A DNA stretch of 62,700 nucleotides, filler included. It is 5 parts of 5 records of this genome, joined end to end, with 100 filler letters (N's around TTAATTAATTAA, not from the genome) between each part and the next. Parts side by side here need not be neighbours in the genome. Positions count along the whole stretch, not along the records: positions 8,453 to 29,431 come from SRR2962707_4278; 4 more parts are not named here. One strand, written 5' to 3'. Within the stretch, counting starts at the first letter, position 1. Every line of letters begins with the position of its first letter. Position numbers and translations under genes: made by a program. The notes beneath the pieces are model-generated. The model had not been told where the DNA came from, made no database searches, and saw only the letters and a program-made list of their open reading frames with translations. Positions 11,210 through 19,788 of this stretch are shown piece by piece.

Positions 11210-12016
11210 TCAGTCCTGAATTTTGCCGGGGGCCTTTTCCTGAAGCCGCTCGGCAAGGGCGCGGAGTTTGTCCTCGACCGCGTGCATTTCCGGCGCCATG
11301 GGCGATGCCGGAGGCGGCTCCGGGGCTTCTTCCGCGTCGGCGCCTGTCGGCACCTGGCTGCCGATGGCGCGGGGGCCGGCAAATTCCATCAGCCGGTCGA
11401 GACGCTCGGAAATCAGCGCGGCGTGGTCGGCGAAGCGGTCGCTGACCTTCAGGGCGGTTTCGCGGGCGGCGTCGATCTCGCGCGCAATGGCGGCGATTTC
11501 TTCGTCGTCGGCGAAGGCGCTGCGGGGCGGCGAGAGGGAGAGGCCGGATTCGTTCGTCGTCAGGTTCACGACCTGGATCGCGATGCCGGAGCGGCCATCC
11601 TCGTCGAAGGGAATGTCGAAGCTTGCGAGCTTGCCCGCGATGCGGCGGCCGGCGATGAGGTTGATGCGGTTGTGCGAGGCGGAGCCCGCGATGGCGTCGA
11701 TCTCGGCGCGGATGTCGTCATAGCGCCCGGCGAGGAGGGCGCGGCGGCCATCATCCGTGCTTGCGCCCGCATCGGCGACGAGGTCTGCCGCCTCGCGCAG
11801 GCGGTCCGTCAGGGCGTCGATGGCGAGGACGGAGGTTTCGATGGTCGAGAGCGCGGTGGCGATGCGCTGGCCGAGTTCGGCGGCGTTGAAGGAACCTCGC
11901 GTGGTGGCGGCCGAACGCAGCGCGCGCTGCATCGCCGCCGGGGTGACCGACGGCGTTTCCTCGGCGGGCGGCGCCTCAAGCGCGCGCTTGCCTCGCAATC
12001 GCGAAAGAATGCCCAT
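11210..12016 (-). CDS. Flagellin D1-like helical domain protein (not a full flagellin)
   Basis: LTDRLREAADLV...RYDDIRAEIDAIAGSASHNRINLIAG resembles the flagellin N-terminal helical region; no D0 termini recognisable. Confidence 0.6.
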   Translation of the reverse strand: MGILSRLRGKRALEAPPAEETPSVTPAAMQRALRSAATTRGSFNAAELGQRIATALSTIETSVLAIDALTDRLREAADLVADAGASTDDGRRALLAGRYDDIRAEIDAIAGSASHNRINLIAGRRIAGKLASFDIPFDEDGRSGIAIQVVNLTTNESGLSLSPPRSAFADDEEIAAIAREIDAARETALKVSDRFADHAALISERLDRLMEFAGPRAIGSQVPTGADAEEAPEPPPASPMAPEMHAVEDKLRALAERLQEKAPGKIQD

Positions 12017-12145
12017 TGGCCTTGTGCCCAAGCCCCGTTATCCGCCGGCGCGGGAGCGCACCGGACGGGCAGAGAATAAGGCGGAGAGGGTTGACGACAT
12101 CTAAAGGCGGGCGAGGCGTGCGGGCCCATGCTAGTTTTCGGGGCA

Positions 12146-12622
12146 ATGCCTCACCATCGCGCGCTCATCTGGAAAATTCTCCGCCCGCTTGCCCGGCTCT
12201 ACTGGCGGCTTCGCCGTCCGCTGACGGCGGGCGTGCGCGGCATGGTGTTCGACGGGGAGGGCCGGGTGCTGCTGGTGCGGCATACTTACATTCCCGGCTG
12301 GTATCTGCCGGGAGGGGGCGTTGAACGCGGCGAGACGATGCAGACCTCGCTCCGGCGCGAGCTGGAAGAGGAAGTCGGCGTGATGCTCACCGGCGAGGTG
12401 CGGCTCTACGGGCTCTACGCGAATTTCCGCGAGTTCAAGTCGGACCATGTGGCGCTTTATGTGGTGGCGCACGGGGCCTATGAGCACCGGCCCCGGCGCT
12501 CGGCGGAGATCGCGGAAAGCGCGTTCTTTGCGGCCAATGCGCTGCCGGAGGGGGTCACGCCATCGACCGCGCGCCGGATCGCGGAAGTTGCCGAGGGAAA
12601 TGCGCCGGACGAGCTTTGGTGA
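12146..12622 (+). CDS. NUDIX hydrolase
   Basis: Nudix box GGGVERGETMQTSLRRELEEEVG. Confidence 0.9.
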   Translation: MPHHRALIWKILRPLARLYWRLRRPLTAGVRGMVFDGEGRVLLVRHTYIPGWYLPGGGVERGETMQTSLRRELEEEVGVMLTGEVRLYGLYANFREFKSDHVALYVVAHGAYEHRPRRSAEIAESAFFAANALPEGVTPSTARRIAEVAEGNAPDELW

Positions 12623-12732
12623 AACGAGCCGTTCGGGGCTTTGCGCATCTTCGCCACATTTTTCCGTCATGACTTGAACAAGCGGGGTAGCCAACATACG
12701 CGGCGCGGAAGATGCCGCGTCAGGAGGATGCC

Positions 12733-13101
12733 ATGAAGAAGATGATTTTCAGTGGGCTCGTCGCGGCGGGCCTTGCGCTCGGGGCGGGAACGTCGATGGC
12801 GGCGGACGATGTGAACTGGCTGGCGCTGCCTGCCGACAAGGCGGCGCTGCAGGACCTCGACACGCAGCAGACGCGCGCGCTCAGGAATTCCGTGCGCCAT
12901 TGCGACGATCTCGGCCGCTCAAACCACGGGGGCACGCCTTGCGTGTTTCTCGATGTGGACAGGGCGATGCGGCAGGCGGAAGACCCGGCGCTGCGCTCCT
13001 ACCATTTCGCGCTGCCGCGCTCGATGCGCTACGACGAGGCGCGCAACAGCGGTGCCGCGATTGCGCGGATCATGGAGATGCGCGAGGAACTCGTCGAGTA
13101 G
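12733..13101 (+). CDS. Small secreted/periplasmic hypothetical protein
   Basis: AGGAGG RBS; Sec signal MKKMIFSGLVAAGLALGAGTSMA; two Cys. Confidence 0.8.
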   Translation: MKKMIFSGLVAAGLALGAGTSMAADDVNWLALPADKAALQDLDTQQTRALRNSVRHCDDLGRSNHGGTPCVFLDVDRAMRQAEDPALRSYHFALPRSMRYDEARNSGAAIARIMEMREELVE

Positions 13102-13104
13102 GGA

Positions 13105-14109
13105 TCAGGCGAAACGCGCCCTGTCATGCGGGGCGTCGAGATCAAGGATGGGCCCCGCCGGTATGATGCCGGTGGGGTTTATCATTTTGTGGCTGCCGTA
13201 ATAGTGCCGCTTGATGTGGTCGAAGTTCACCGTCTCGGCGACGCCCGGCACCTGATAAAGCTCGCGCAGATAGTTCGAGAGGTTCGGATAATCGGCGATG
13301 CGGCGGAAATTGCATTTGAAGTGTGAGTAGTAGACGGCATCGAAGCGGATGAGCGTCGTGAAGAGGCGCCAGTCGGCTTCGGTGAGACGGTTGCCCGCGA
13401 GGTAGCGCTGCGCGGCGAGACGGGCTTCGAGGCGGTCCAGTTCCTCGAAGAGGGCGGCGACTTCTTTTTCGTAGACGGATTGTTTGGTCGCGAAGCCTGC
13501 CTTGTAAACGCCGTTGTTCACATTGTCGTAGACGGCGGCATTCACCTCGTCGATTTCGGCGCGCAAATCTTCCGGGTAGAAGTCGAGTTCCGCGTTCACG
13601 CCGTCGATGCCATCGAAAGCGGCGTTCAACATGCGGATGATGTCGGCGGATTCGTTCGAGACGATGGTGTTGCGCTTCTTGTCCCACAGTGCGGGCACGG
13701 TGACGCGGCCAGTGTAGTCGGGGTTCGCGAGCTGATAGACCTCGTAGAGCCGCGTCTTGCGGTTCACGAAGTCGGGAATGGTTGCCTCGTCCGCGCCTGC
13801 GTCATCCGTACCCTTGAGCGTCCAGCCCTCTTCGAGCATCAACGGATCGACGATGGAGAGGGAAATCTTGTCTTCCAAACCCTTGAGCTTGCGGAAAACG
13901 AGGGTGCGGTGCGCCCAGGGGCAGGCGAGCGAAACATAGAGATGGTAGCGCCCGGCTTCGGCCTCGAAGCCGCCCTTACCTGACGGTCCGGGCGCGCCGT
14001 CTTTCGTCACCCAGTTGCGAAAGGCGGACTCCTGCCGCTTGAATGCGCCGCCGGTCGACTTGGTGTCGTATCCCTTGTCGGTCCATTGGCCATCGACGAG
14101 GAGTCCCAT
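13105..14109 (-). CDS. yqjG: Glutathionyl-hydroquinone reductase (GST Omega/Xi-like)
   Basis: MGLLVDGQW start, RYHLYVSLACPWAHR, VTVPALWD, NNGVYKAGFA. Confidence 0.92.
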   Translation of the reverse strand: MGLLVDGQWTDKGYDTKSTGGAFKRQESAFRNWVTKDGAPGPSGKGGFEAEAGRYHLYVSLACPWAHRTLVFRKLKGLEDKISLSIVDPLMLEEGWTLKGTDDAGADEATIPDFVNRKTRLYEVYQLANPDYTGRVTVPALWDKKRNTIVSNESADIIRMLNAAFDGIDGVNAELDFYPEDLRAEIDEVNAAVYDNVNNGVYKAGFATKQSVYEKEVAALFEELDRLEARLAAQRYLAGNRLTEADWRLFTTLIRFDAVYYSHFKCNFRRIADYPNLSNYLRELYQVPGVAETVNFDHIKRHYYGSHKMINPTGIIPAGPILDLDAPHDRARFA

Positions 14110-14146
14110 TGTCTTTCCTTCCGTTACCGTTGTTGTGCGCGCCGGA

Positions 14147-14857
14147 TCAGTCTTCCGGCGGCAGGTCCACCAGCACGATCTCGGCATCGTCGAGCGCGCG
14201 GATGGTAAGGGTTTCCACCTCGCGGATCGCGGCGCCGGAGCGCTCGGAAACCTCGACGCCGTTCACTTCCACGCGGCCCTTCGCGGGCACGAGATAGGCG
14301 AGGCGGCCCTTACCGATGACATGGGTCACTTCGCTCCCCGCGTCCAGGCTTGCGCCAAGCACTTCGGCGTCCTGCGCAATCCAGAGCGTTTCCGCAGCCG
14401 CGTCTTCCCTGCCGCTGGCGAGCGGCACGAGGCGGCCCTTGCGGCCATCCTTCGGGAAGGTGGCGGTTTCCCAGCGCGGCGTCACGCCGGCACGGTTCGG
14501 CTCGATCCAGATCTGGAAGATGCGGGTGTCCTCGTCCTCGAGGTTCCACTCCTCGTGCCTTATGCCGCGCCCTGCCGACATGACCTGAACGTCGCCCGCA
14601 ACCGTGCGGCCTTCATTGTTCAGGTGGTCGCGATGCGTGATCGCGCCTTCGCGGACATAGGTGACGATTTCCATGTCGCGATGCGGATGGGGCGGGAAGC
14701 CTGTCTTCGCCTGAATCAAATCGTCGTTCCAGACGCGCAGCTTGCCCCAGCCCATGCGGGCGGGATCGTGATAGCCGGCAAAGGAGAAGTGATGCTTCGC
14801 GGTGAGCCAGCCGTGCTCCGCACCGCCAAGACTGTCGAAATTGCGAACGTCGATCAT
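14147..14857 (-). CDS. Pirin family protein (YhhW-like)
   Basis: HHFSFAGYHDP, GFPPHPHRDMEIVTYV, MSAGRGIRHEE. Confidence 0.93.
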   Translation of the reverse strand: MIDVRNFDSLGGAEHGWLTAKHHFSFAGYHDPARMGWGKLRVWNDDLIQAKTGFPPHPHRDMEIVTYVREGAITHRDHLNNEGRTVAGDVQVMSAGRGIRHEEWNLEDEDTRIFQIWIEPNRAGVTPRWETATFPKDGRKGRLVPLASGREDAAAETLWIAQDAEVLGASLDAGSEVTHVIGKGRLAYLVPAKGRVEVNGVEVSERSGAAIREVETLTIRALDDAEIVLVDLPPED

Positions 14858-15046
14858 GGTCTTCTTCCTTTCTGTAAAAGGGCTTTCTGTAAAAGGGGTT
14901 TTCTGTGTCAGACCGCCGTCATGTGAAGAGCAGAGCCCGGCCGGCCCCGGAGGGAGGGAAAGCGGCCGGCCAGGCCCGAAGATCCGGTACGCGCTTACTG
15001 GTGCACCCGGATCCTCTGAGATTTCTTTCGGCTCAGGTCGTTGCCG

Positions 15047-15658
15047 TCAGGCGGCGAGCTTTCCTGCGATCGCCGCGACGTGGGCGCCCTGCTTCCGCGC
15101 AAGGCTCAGTTCCTTTTCTGACGGCTGGCGGCTGCCGTCGGGGCCTGCCAGCGTGGAGGCGCCATAGGGCGAGCCGCCCCGGACCTCGGAGATGTCGAAG
15201 AGCTCCGGGCCGACCGGGTAGGGAAGACCCACGATCACCATGCCGTGGTGGAGCAGGGTCGAGTGGAACGAGGTGATGGTCGTCTCATTGCCCCCGCCGG
15301 TGCCGGTCGAGGTGAAGACGCTGCCGACCTTGCCGGCGAGGCCGCCCTTGGCCCACAAGCCGCCGGTCTGGTCGAGGAAGACCCGCATCTGGCCCGACAT
15401 GTTGCCGAAGCGGGTCGGCGTGCCGAAGATCACCGCGTCGTAGTCGCCGAGCTCATGCGGGGCGGCGACGGGGGCCTGCTGGTTCACCTTCATGCCGGCC
15501 TGCGTCATCAGGTCTTCGGGCATGGTCTCCGGCACCCGCTTCACGGTTACTTCCGTATTCGCCTGCGAGGCCGCGCCCTCGGCGACGGCGTTCGCCAGCG
15601 TTTCGATATGGCCGTAGGAGCTGTGATACAGCACGAGGATTTTGGTCTTTTCGCTCAT
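15047..15658 (-). CDS. wrbA: NAD(P)H:quinone oxidoreductase WrbA
   Basis: [30 protein letters not shown]. Confidence 0.95.
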   Translation of the reverse strand: MSEKTKILVLYHSSYGHIETLANAVAEGAASQANTEVTVKRVPETMPEDLMTQAGMKVNQQAPVAAPHELGDYDAVIFGTPTRFGNMSGQMRVFLDQTGGLWAKGGLAGKVGSVFTSTGTGGGNETTITSFHSTLLHHGMVIVGLPYPVGPELFDISEVRGGSPYGASTLAGPDGSRQPSEKELSLARKQGAHVAAIAGKLAA

Positions 15659-15753
15659 CTTTCTTCCCTCCTAGGAAGGCCCCTCCGGGGCGTTGCTGAA
15701 TTCGATGACACCTATGTAATTACTTTCGTTTCTGCGATAATCCACTCGTATGA

Positions 15754-15766
15754 AAACAGACTGTTT
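15754..15766. promoter_or_regulatory. Palindrome in the divergent wrbA/LysR promoter (possible regulator site)
   Basis: aaacag-a-ctgttt within an AT-rich intergenic region. Confidence 0.3.
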
Positions 15767-15780
15767 CGTATAGGTGGACA

Positions 15781-16695
15781 ATGGCGGTCGATCTGAATGC
15801 CTATGCCGTTTACGCCAAGGTGGTGGAGCTGGGCGGCTTCACGGCCGCTGCCGATGCGCTCGGCCTCTCGAAATCCATGGTGAGCCGCCAGATTTCGACG
15901 CTGGAAGATGCGCTTGGCGTGCGGCTTCTCAACCGGACGACGCGGCGGATCGCCGTGACGGAGGCGGGGGCGGTCGTGTTCGAGCGGGCGCAGCGGATCG
16001 TCATGGAGGCGCAGGAGGCCGCCGAAGAGGCGACCTGCGTCGAAGGCGCGGTGCGCGGCCAGCTCCGCGTCAATGCGCCGATGAGCTTCGGCATTGCTCA
16101 GCTCGGGCCCGTGATGCCGGAGTTCATGGCGCGCTATCCCGAGCTCAATGTCGATCTCGTGCTGAACGACAGGCGCGTCAACCTGATCGAGGAAGGCTTC
16201 GACGTCAGCTTGCGCATTTCGGCGCTGACGGATTCAAGCCTGATCGCGCGGCAGCTCGCGCCCGTCGAGCGCTACATCGTGGGGTCGCCTTCCTATTTCG
16301 AGAAGCACGAGGTGCCGAAGCGCCCGGCCGATCTCGCAGGTCACGACTTCATGCTCTACACGCTGCTCGCGCGGCCGAACCTTCTCGAAATGGAGAATGC
16401 ACAGGGCGAGAAAGAGCAGGTCGAACTGAAGGGCCGCTTTCTCTGCAACAATGCGGACGCGATGGTCGAGATGATGCTCAAGGGCATGGGGCTTGTCTTC
16501 TCGCCCGACGTGCTTTGCCACCAGCACCTGAAGAGCGGCGCGCTTGTCCGTGTGCTGAAGGACTGGACCGTGCCCGCGCTGACGCTCCACGTTCTCTATC
16601 CACATTCGCGGCATCTGGCGGCGAAGGTGCGGGCGTTCGTCGATTTCACGGTGGAAAAGTTCGGACCGGGGAGGGCGCCGTGGGTGGAGATGTAA
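15781..16695 (+). CDS. LysR-family regulator (CrgA-like), divergent from wrbA
   Basis: GGFTAAADALGLSKSMVSRQISTLEDALGVRLLNRTTR HTH; EEGFDVSLRI. Confidence 0.95.
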   Translation: MAVDLNAYAVYAKVVELGGFTAAADALGLSKSMVSRQISTLEDALGVRLLNRTTRRIAVTEAGAVVFERAQRIVMEAQEAAEEATCVEGAVRGQLRVNAPMSFGIAQLGPVMPEFMARYPELNVDLVLNDRRVNLIEEGFDVSLRISALTDSSLIARQLAPVERYIVGSPSYFEKHEVPKRPADLAGHDFMLYTLLARPNLLEMENAQGEKEQVELKGRFLCNNADAMVEMMLKGMGLVFSPDVLCHQHLKSGALVRVLKDWTVPALTLHVLYPHSRHLAAKVRAFVDFTVEKFGPGRAPWVEM

Positions 16696-16805
16696 AAAGG
16701 CGGACCGTCTGGCTCGGTGTTTAAAGTAATTTTCTGTTCAATGATCGAGACTGCCAATTCGAAGTGAGCAGGGTGTCTATGTTCCCGATCAACGGCCGAA
16801 GCTTG

Positions 16806-17711
16806 TCACGAAAAACCATACTCATGAATGTCTCCGTACGCACCGTGGTAGCAGAGGGGAGTTGACTCAATTGGAGGCGCTACGACCAATTCCAGTTGTC
16901 CCAAGTCCATTCCTTGTATGAAAGGTGCGAACGCGACCACCCGCTTTTGCACTGCTGGCAGTGGAGCCGAAAAGATACAAGGCTTTCCATTATTCTGCGT
17001 CTTAAGTGTCCATGTTTGGGCGAATTGTTCCGTCAAGCTCAGAGCAAACGAGTAGGAGCTGAGGTAGTGGAGTTCTTGACGGGTTTCCGTTACGAAAGGC
17101 ATGTAGACACCTCGGCGTATATAGAGCTCATTGATCGAAGTGGCGCCTCCATTGTCGAGACTATCCAGATAGTCTGGAATAAACGTGTCCAACAAATTCG
17201 CATTGATATCGAAAATTGCTTTCATTTCGCACGGTGCAAAAGTGGCCGTCGCATTCTCATCGATAGGATTCAACACAAAATTTCCCGCGGATGATCCGTG
17301 ATAGAAAATATCATGCTGATGTATAGCTGCCTTGATGCCTTTTATATTGGGAGAATTCTGCCGACGGCTTAGGCCATCGACCCAGTCTTTTGCGAAGCTC
17401 TCGACGAAAATGTCAAGCCTAGCTATGTCGACACCGGCATCCTCTACGCGCGCGCGAAATTCTGCAGCCCAGTCGGCCTGCTTCGATTTGAAAAACCCGA
17501 GTTTCTTAAGTGTGTGTTCGGGATCGCTGATAGTCTTCACGCCGGAAGCATAAGCAGTCCGTGGCACATCATCCGTGTCACTGTTACTGTGGAGCAATCG
17601 CTGAAAAGCTAGGGGATCTCTGAGATTCGATTCGAGGGTTGCGTATTTCAGAAGGTGACCTGGCTGCCAATTATCCAGAAATACGTCATAGTCGTCGCTA
17701 TCTACCGTCAT
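16806..17711 (-). CDS. Hypothetical protein with C-terminal R-S-E ADP-ribosyltransferase-like motifs
   Basis: 301 aa; LYIRRG (R199/R200), LSSYS (S219-x-S221), GQLELVV (Q272-x-E274); low GC; ATG overlaps the upstream stop. Confidence 0.65.
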   Translation of the reverse strand: MTVDSDDYDVFLDNWQPGHLLKYATLESNLRDPLAFQRLLHSNSDTDDVPRTAYASGVKTISDPEHTLKKLGFFKSKQADWAAEFRARVEDAGVDIARLDIFVESFAKDWVDGLSRRQNSPNIKGIKAAIHQHDIFYHGSSAGNFVLNPIDENATATFAPCEMKAIFDINANLLDTFIPDYLDSLDNGGATSINELYIRRGVYMPFVTETRQELHYLSSYSFALSLTEQFAQTWTLKTQNNGKPCIFSAPLPAVQKRVVAFAPFIQGMDLGQLELVVAPPIESTPLCYHGAYGDIHEYGFS

Positions 17712-18397
17712 GTCGTTCGTTTCATGCGTGCCGACAAACGACGGTATTCTCCCTCGATATGTTTGAGTAGCGCAGACTCGTCGCTGGTCAAATGGGCGTA
17801 TTCGGGCTCTTCGTAGCGAGAACGATGGGCGCGTCGGGTGAGATGAAATATCTCTTCGTCGGCGTAGTTTGCGTGCTCTTTTACGAGTTCGACAATTTGC
17901 GACAATGGAAAATCACCACCAAACTCAATCTCAGAGCTTGATGACATTCGTCGGTCGAAAAGGGCTCGCCAAGCTTGCTTAAGCCCTACCCAACGACGGC
18001 GATAAGCCCTTAGTTCGGTGAGTGCATGTTTGAGCCGCTGCCGAAAATAGGGAAACGCTGTGCTGTTCGTGTGCGTCACATGTAGCGTTAAAAACAGCGC
18101 TGCCAAAGGGCGATATAGATTGAAGAGCTTCTCTCTATCGCGCTCAATGGCACGGCGGCGGCGATTGAAGAGATAGACAAACGTCGACCACCCAAGTTTG
18201 CAAACAGTTAGAACTACCGTCACGAAAAGGGCTGGTGGCACAAGCGGTCTAATTGGTTCGGGCAGCGAAGAAGCCAATGGCATCCACAACCAGAACAGCA
18301 AAAGTGAAATAACAGCTCCAATCATCAACCAGTCAGGCGCTGATTTGAGCGTCTCGGTTACCTTTTGAATTGTGGTTAAACCGCTAGCGCCATCCAT
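17708..18397 (-). CDS. Hypothetical membrane protein with two N-terminal TM helices (229 aa)
   Basis: GAGGG RBS before the ATG at 18397 (MDGASG); hydrophobic WLMIGAVISLLLFWLWMPL and LVPPALFVTVVLTVCKLGWSTFVYLF followed by NRRRR; low GC. Confidence 0.75.
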   Translation of the reverse strand: MDGASGLTTIQKVTETLKSAPDWLMIGAVISLLLFWLWMPLASSLPEPIRPLVPPALFVTVVLTVCKLGWSTFVYLFNRRRRAIERDREKLFNLYRPLAALFLTLHVTHTNSTAFPYFRQRLKHALTELRAYRRRWVGLKQAWRALFDRRMSSSSEIEFGGDFPLSQIVELVKEHANYADEEIFHLTRRAHRSRYEEPEYAHLTSDESALLKHIEGEYRRLSARMKRTT

Positions 18398-18435
18398 TCT
18401 GTCGTCCCTCAGCCTGGACCCTCTGTATTGACTGC

Positions 18436-19350
18436 TTACACCGGTTCCCAGGTAAAGACGGAAGCCGTTGCCCCGAGGTCGGTGTAGCCGCCTTCCATCG
18501 CCGGGATGCCGTGGCTGAGAATGGTTTCCGGCGTCCAGCCATCGACGCGGGCCACGCTTTTCACGGGGCGGGGCTGGGAGAAGAGGACGATCTCGTTGCC
18601 GCGCACGGAGAATATCTGGCCGCTTGTCTTGCACTCGGGCGAGGCCAGGGCGACGGAGAAGTTGGCGACCTGTTCGGCGCGCATCGCATTCTTCATGCGC
18701 TCGACGCGCTGCGCCGATGCCTCGTCCTTTACCGGGATTGTCGCGATCATGCGCGTCCAGGCGAAGGGCGCGATGATGTTGGAACGCACGTTCTTCTTCT
18801 CGCCTTCCATCGCGATGATGCGCGAGAGACCGGCAATGCCCATCTTGGCGGCGGCGTAGTTCGCCTGGCCGATATTGCCGATGAGGCCGGAGGTCGAGGT
18901 GAAGAGGACGAAGCTGCCTTCTTCCTGTTCGCGGAAGTGATTGATCGCCGCGCGCGTGATGTTGTAGCTGCCCTTCAGATGCACTTCGAGGACGGCGTCC
19001 CAGTCTTCGTCGGGCATCTTGTGGAACATGCCGTCGCGGAGAATGCCGGCCGGGCTGATGATCGAGTGGAGGCCGCCGAAGGTGTCGAGCGCCTGCGCGA
19101 TCATGTTTTCCGCGCCGGACTTCATCGACACGCTGTCGGAGTTGGCGACGGCTTCGCCGCCCGCCTTCTTGATTTCGTCGACGGTCTTCTGCGCGGCGCT
19201 CGCGTCGCCCGCATCGCCGCCCTTCACGCTGCCGCCGAGATCGTTCACGACGACCTTCGCGCCCTGCGCTGCCGCGATCATCGCACATTCCTTGCCGATG
19301 CCGCCTGCCGCGCCGGTGACGAGCACGACCTTGCCTTCCAGAATTCCCAT
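18436..19350 (-). CDS. SDR family oxidoreductase (hydroxyacyl-CoA dehydrogenase-like)
   Basis: VTGAAGGIG, VVVNDLGG, GQANYAAAK. Confidence 0.93.
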   Translation of the reverse strand: MGILEGKVVLVTGAAGGIGKECAMIAAAQGAKVVVNDLGGSVKGGDAGDASAAQKTVDEIKKAGGEAVANSDSVSMKSGAENMIAQALDTFGGLHSIISPAGILRDGMFHKMPDEDWDAVLEVHLKGSYNITRAAINHFREQEEGSFVLFTSTSGLIGNIGQANYAAAKMGIAGLSRIIAMEGEKKNVRSNIIAPFAWTRMIATIPVKDEASAQRVERMKNAMRAEQVANFSVALASPECKTSGQIFSVRGNEIVLFSQPRPVKSVARVDGWTPETILSHGIPAMEGGYTDLGATASVFTWEPV

Positions 19351-19376
19351 GACGTTCCCTCTCGGTCCGGTTGTTC

Positions 19377-19469
19377 CAGAGCAGATTTCGATCGAAGAAA
19401 TCCGCTCTTCGTTTTTGATCTGGACCGTTTTCCGAACCGGCAGGTTTCCCCTGCCTGGAAAACGGTCTG
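19377..19469. repeat. Two-hairpin intergenic repeat (RIME/Bru-RS-like)
   Basis: gagcagatttc..gaaatccgctc plus gaccgttttcc..ggaaaacggtc; same architecture as 40508-40617 but in the opposite orientation. Confidence 0.6.
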
Positions 19470-19788
19470 GTTGGCGGGGAAGCTAGCCAAGGGAGGGCGG
19501 CCATTCCAGCCTTTTTAGCCCGGAGGCCACCGCCCCTGCCGCCAAAGCCGCTTTACGGGGGTGGATTCCCGTGCTATCCGCCTTTTCTTCCGGGGCGGGG
19601 CTCCGGCTACAGGATCTTGAAAAATGGCGCGGTTCATGTCGCAGCGACGACGAGAGACGGGTGGGGGCCTTCGCGGCCTTGACCTCGCGCGCGCCCGCAC
19701 GGTCCTTCTTTTCGCCTGAGCGCGGAAACGGCAATAGCGGGTGAGCGTTCTCACCTCTCCCTCTCCGCTGCCAGACGAGACAAATTCC

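Noticed and set aside
16696-18435. IS or integrative element delimiting the low-GC islet
   Set aside because: No transposase, integrase, tRNA or convincing terminal/direct repeats seen; the acquisition mechanism is undetermined.
17708-19504. 598-aa ORF as a single protein
   Set aside because: The first ~369 codons are mostly an out-of-frame reading of the SDR gene and its leader; the credible gene starts at 18397.
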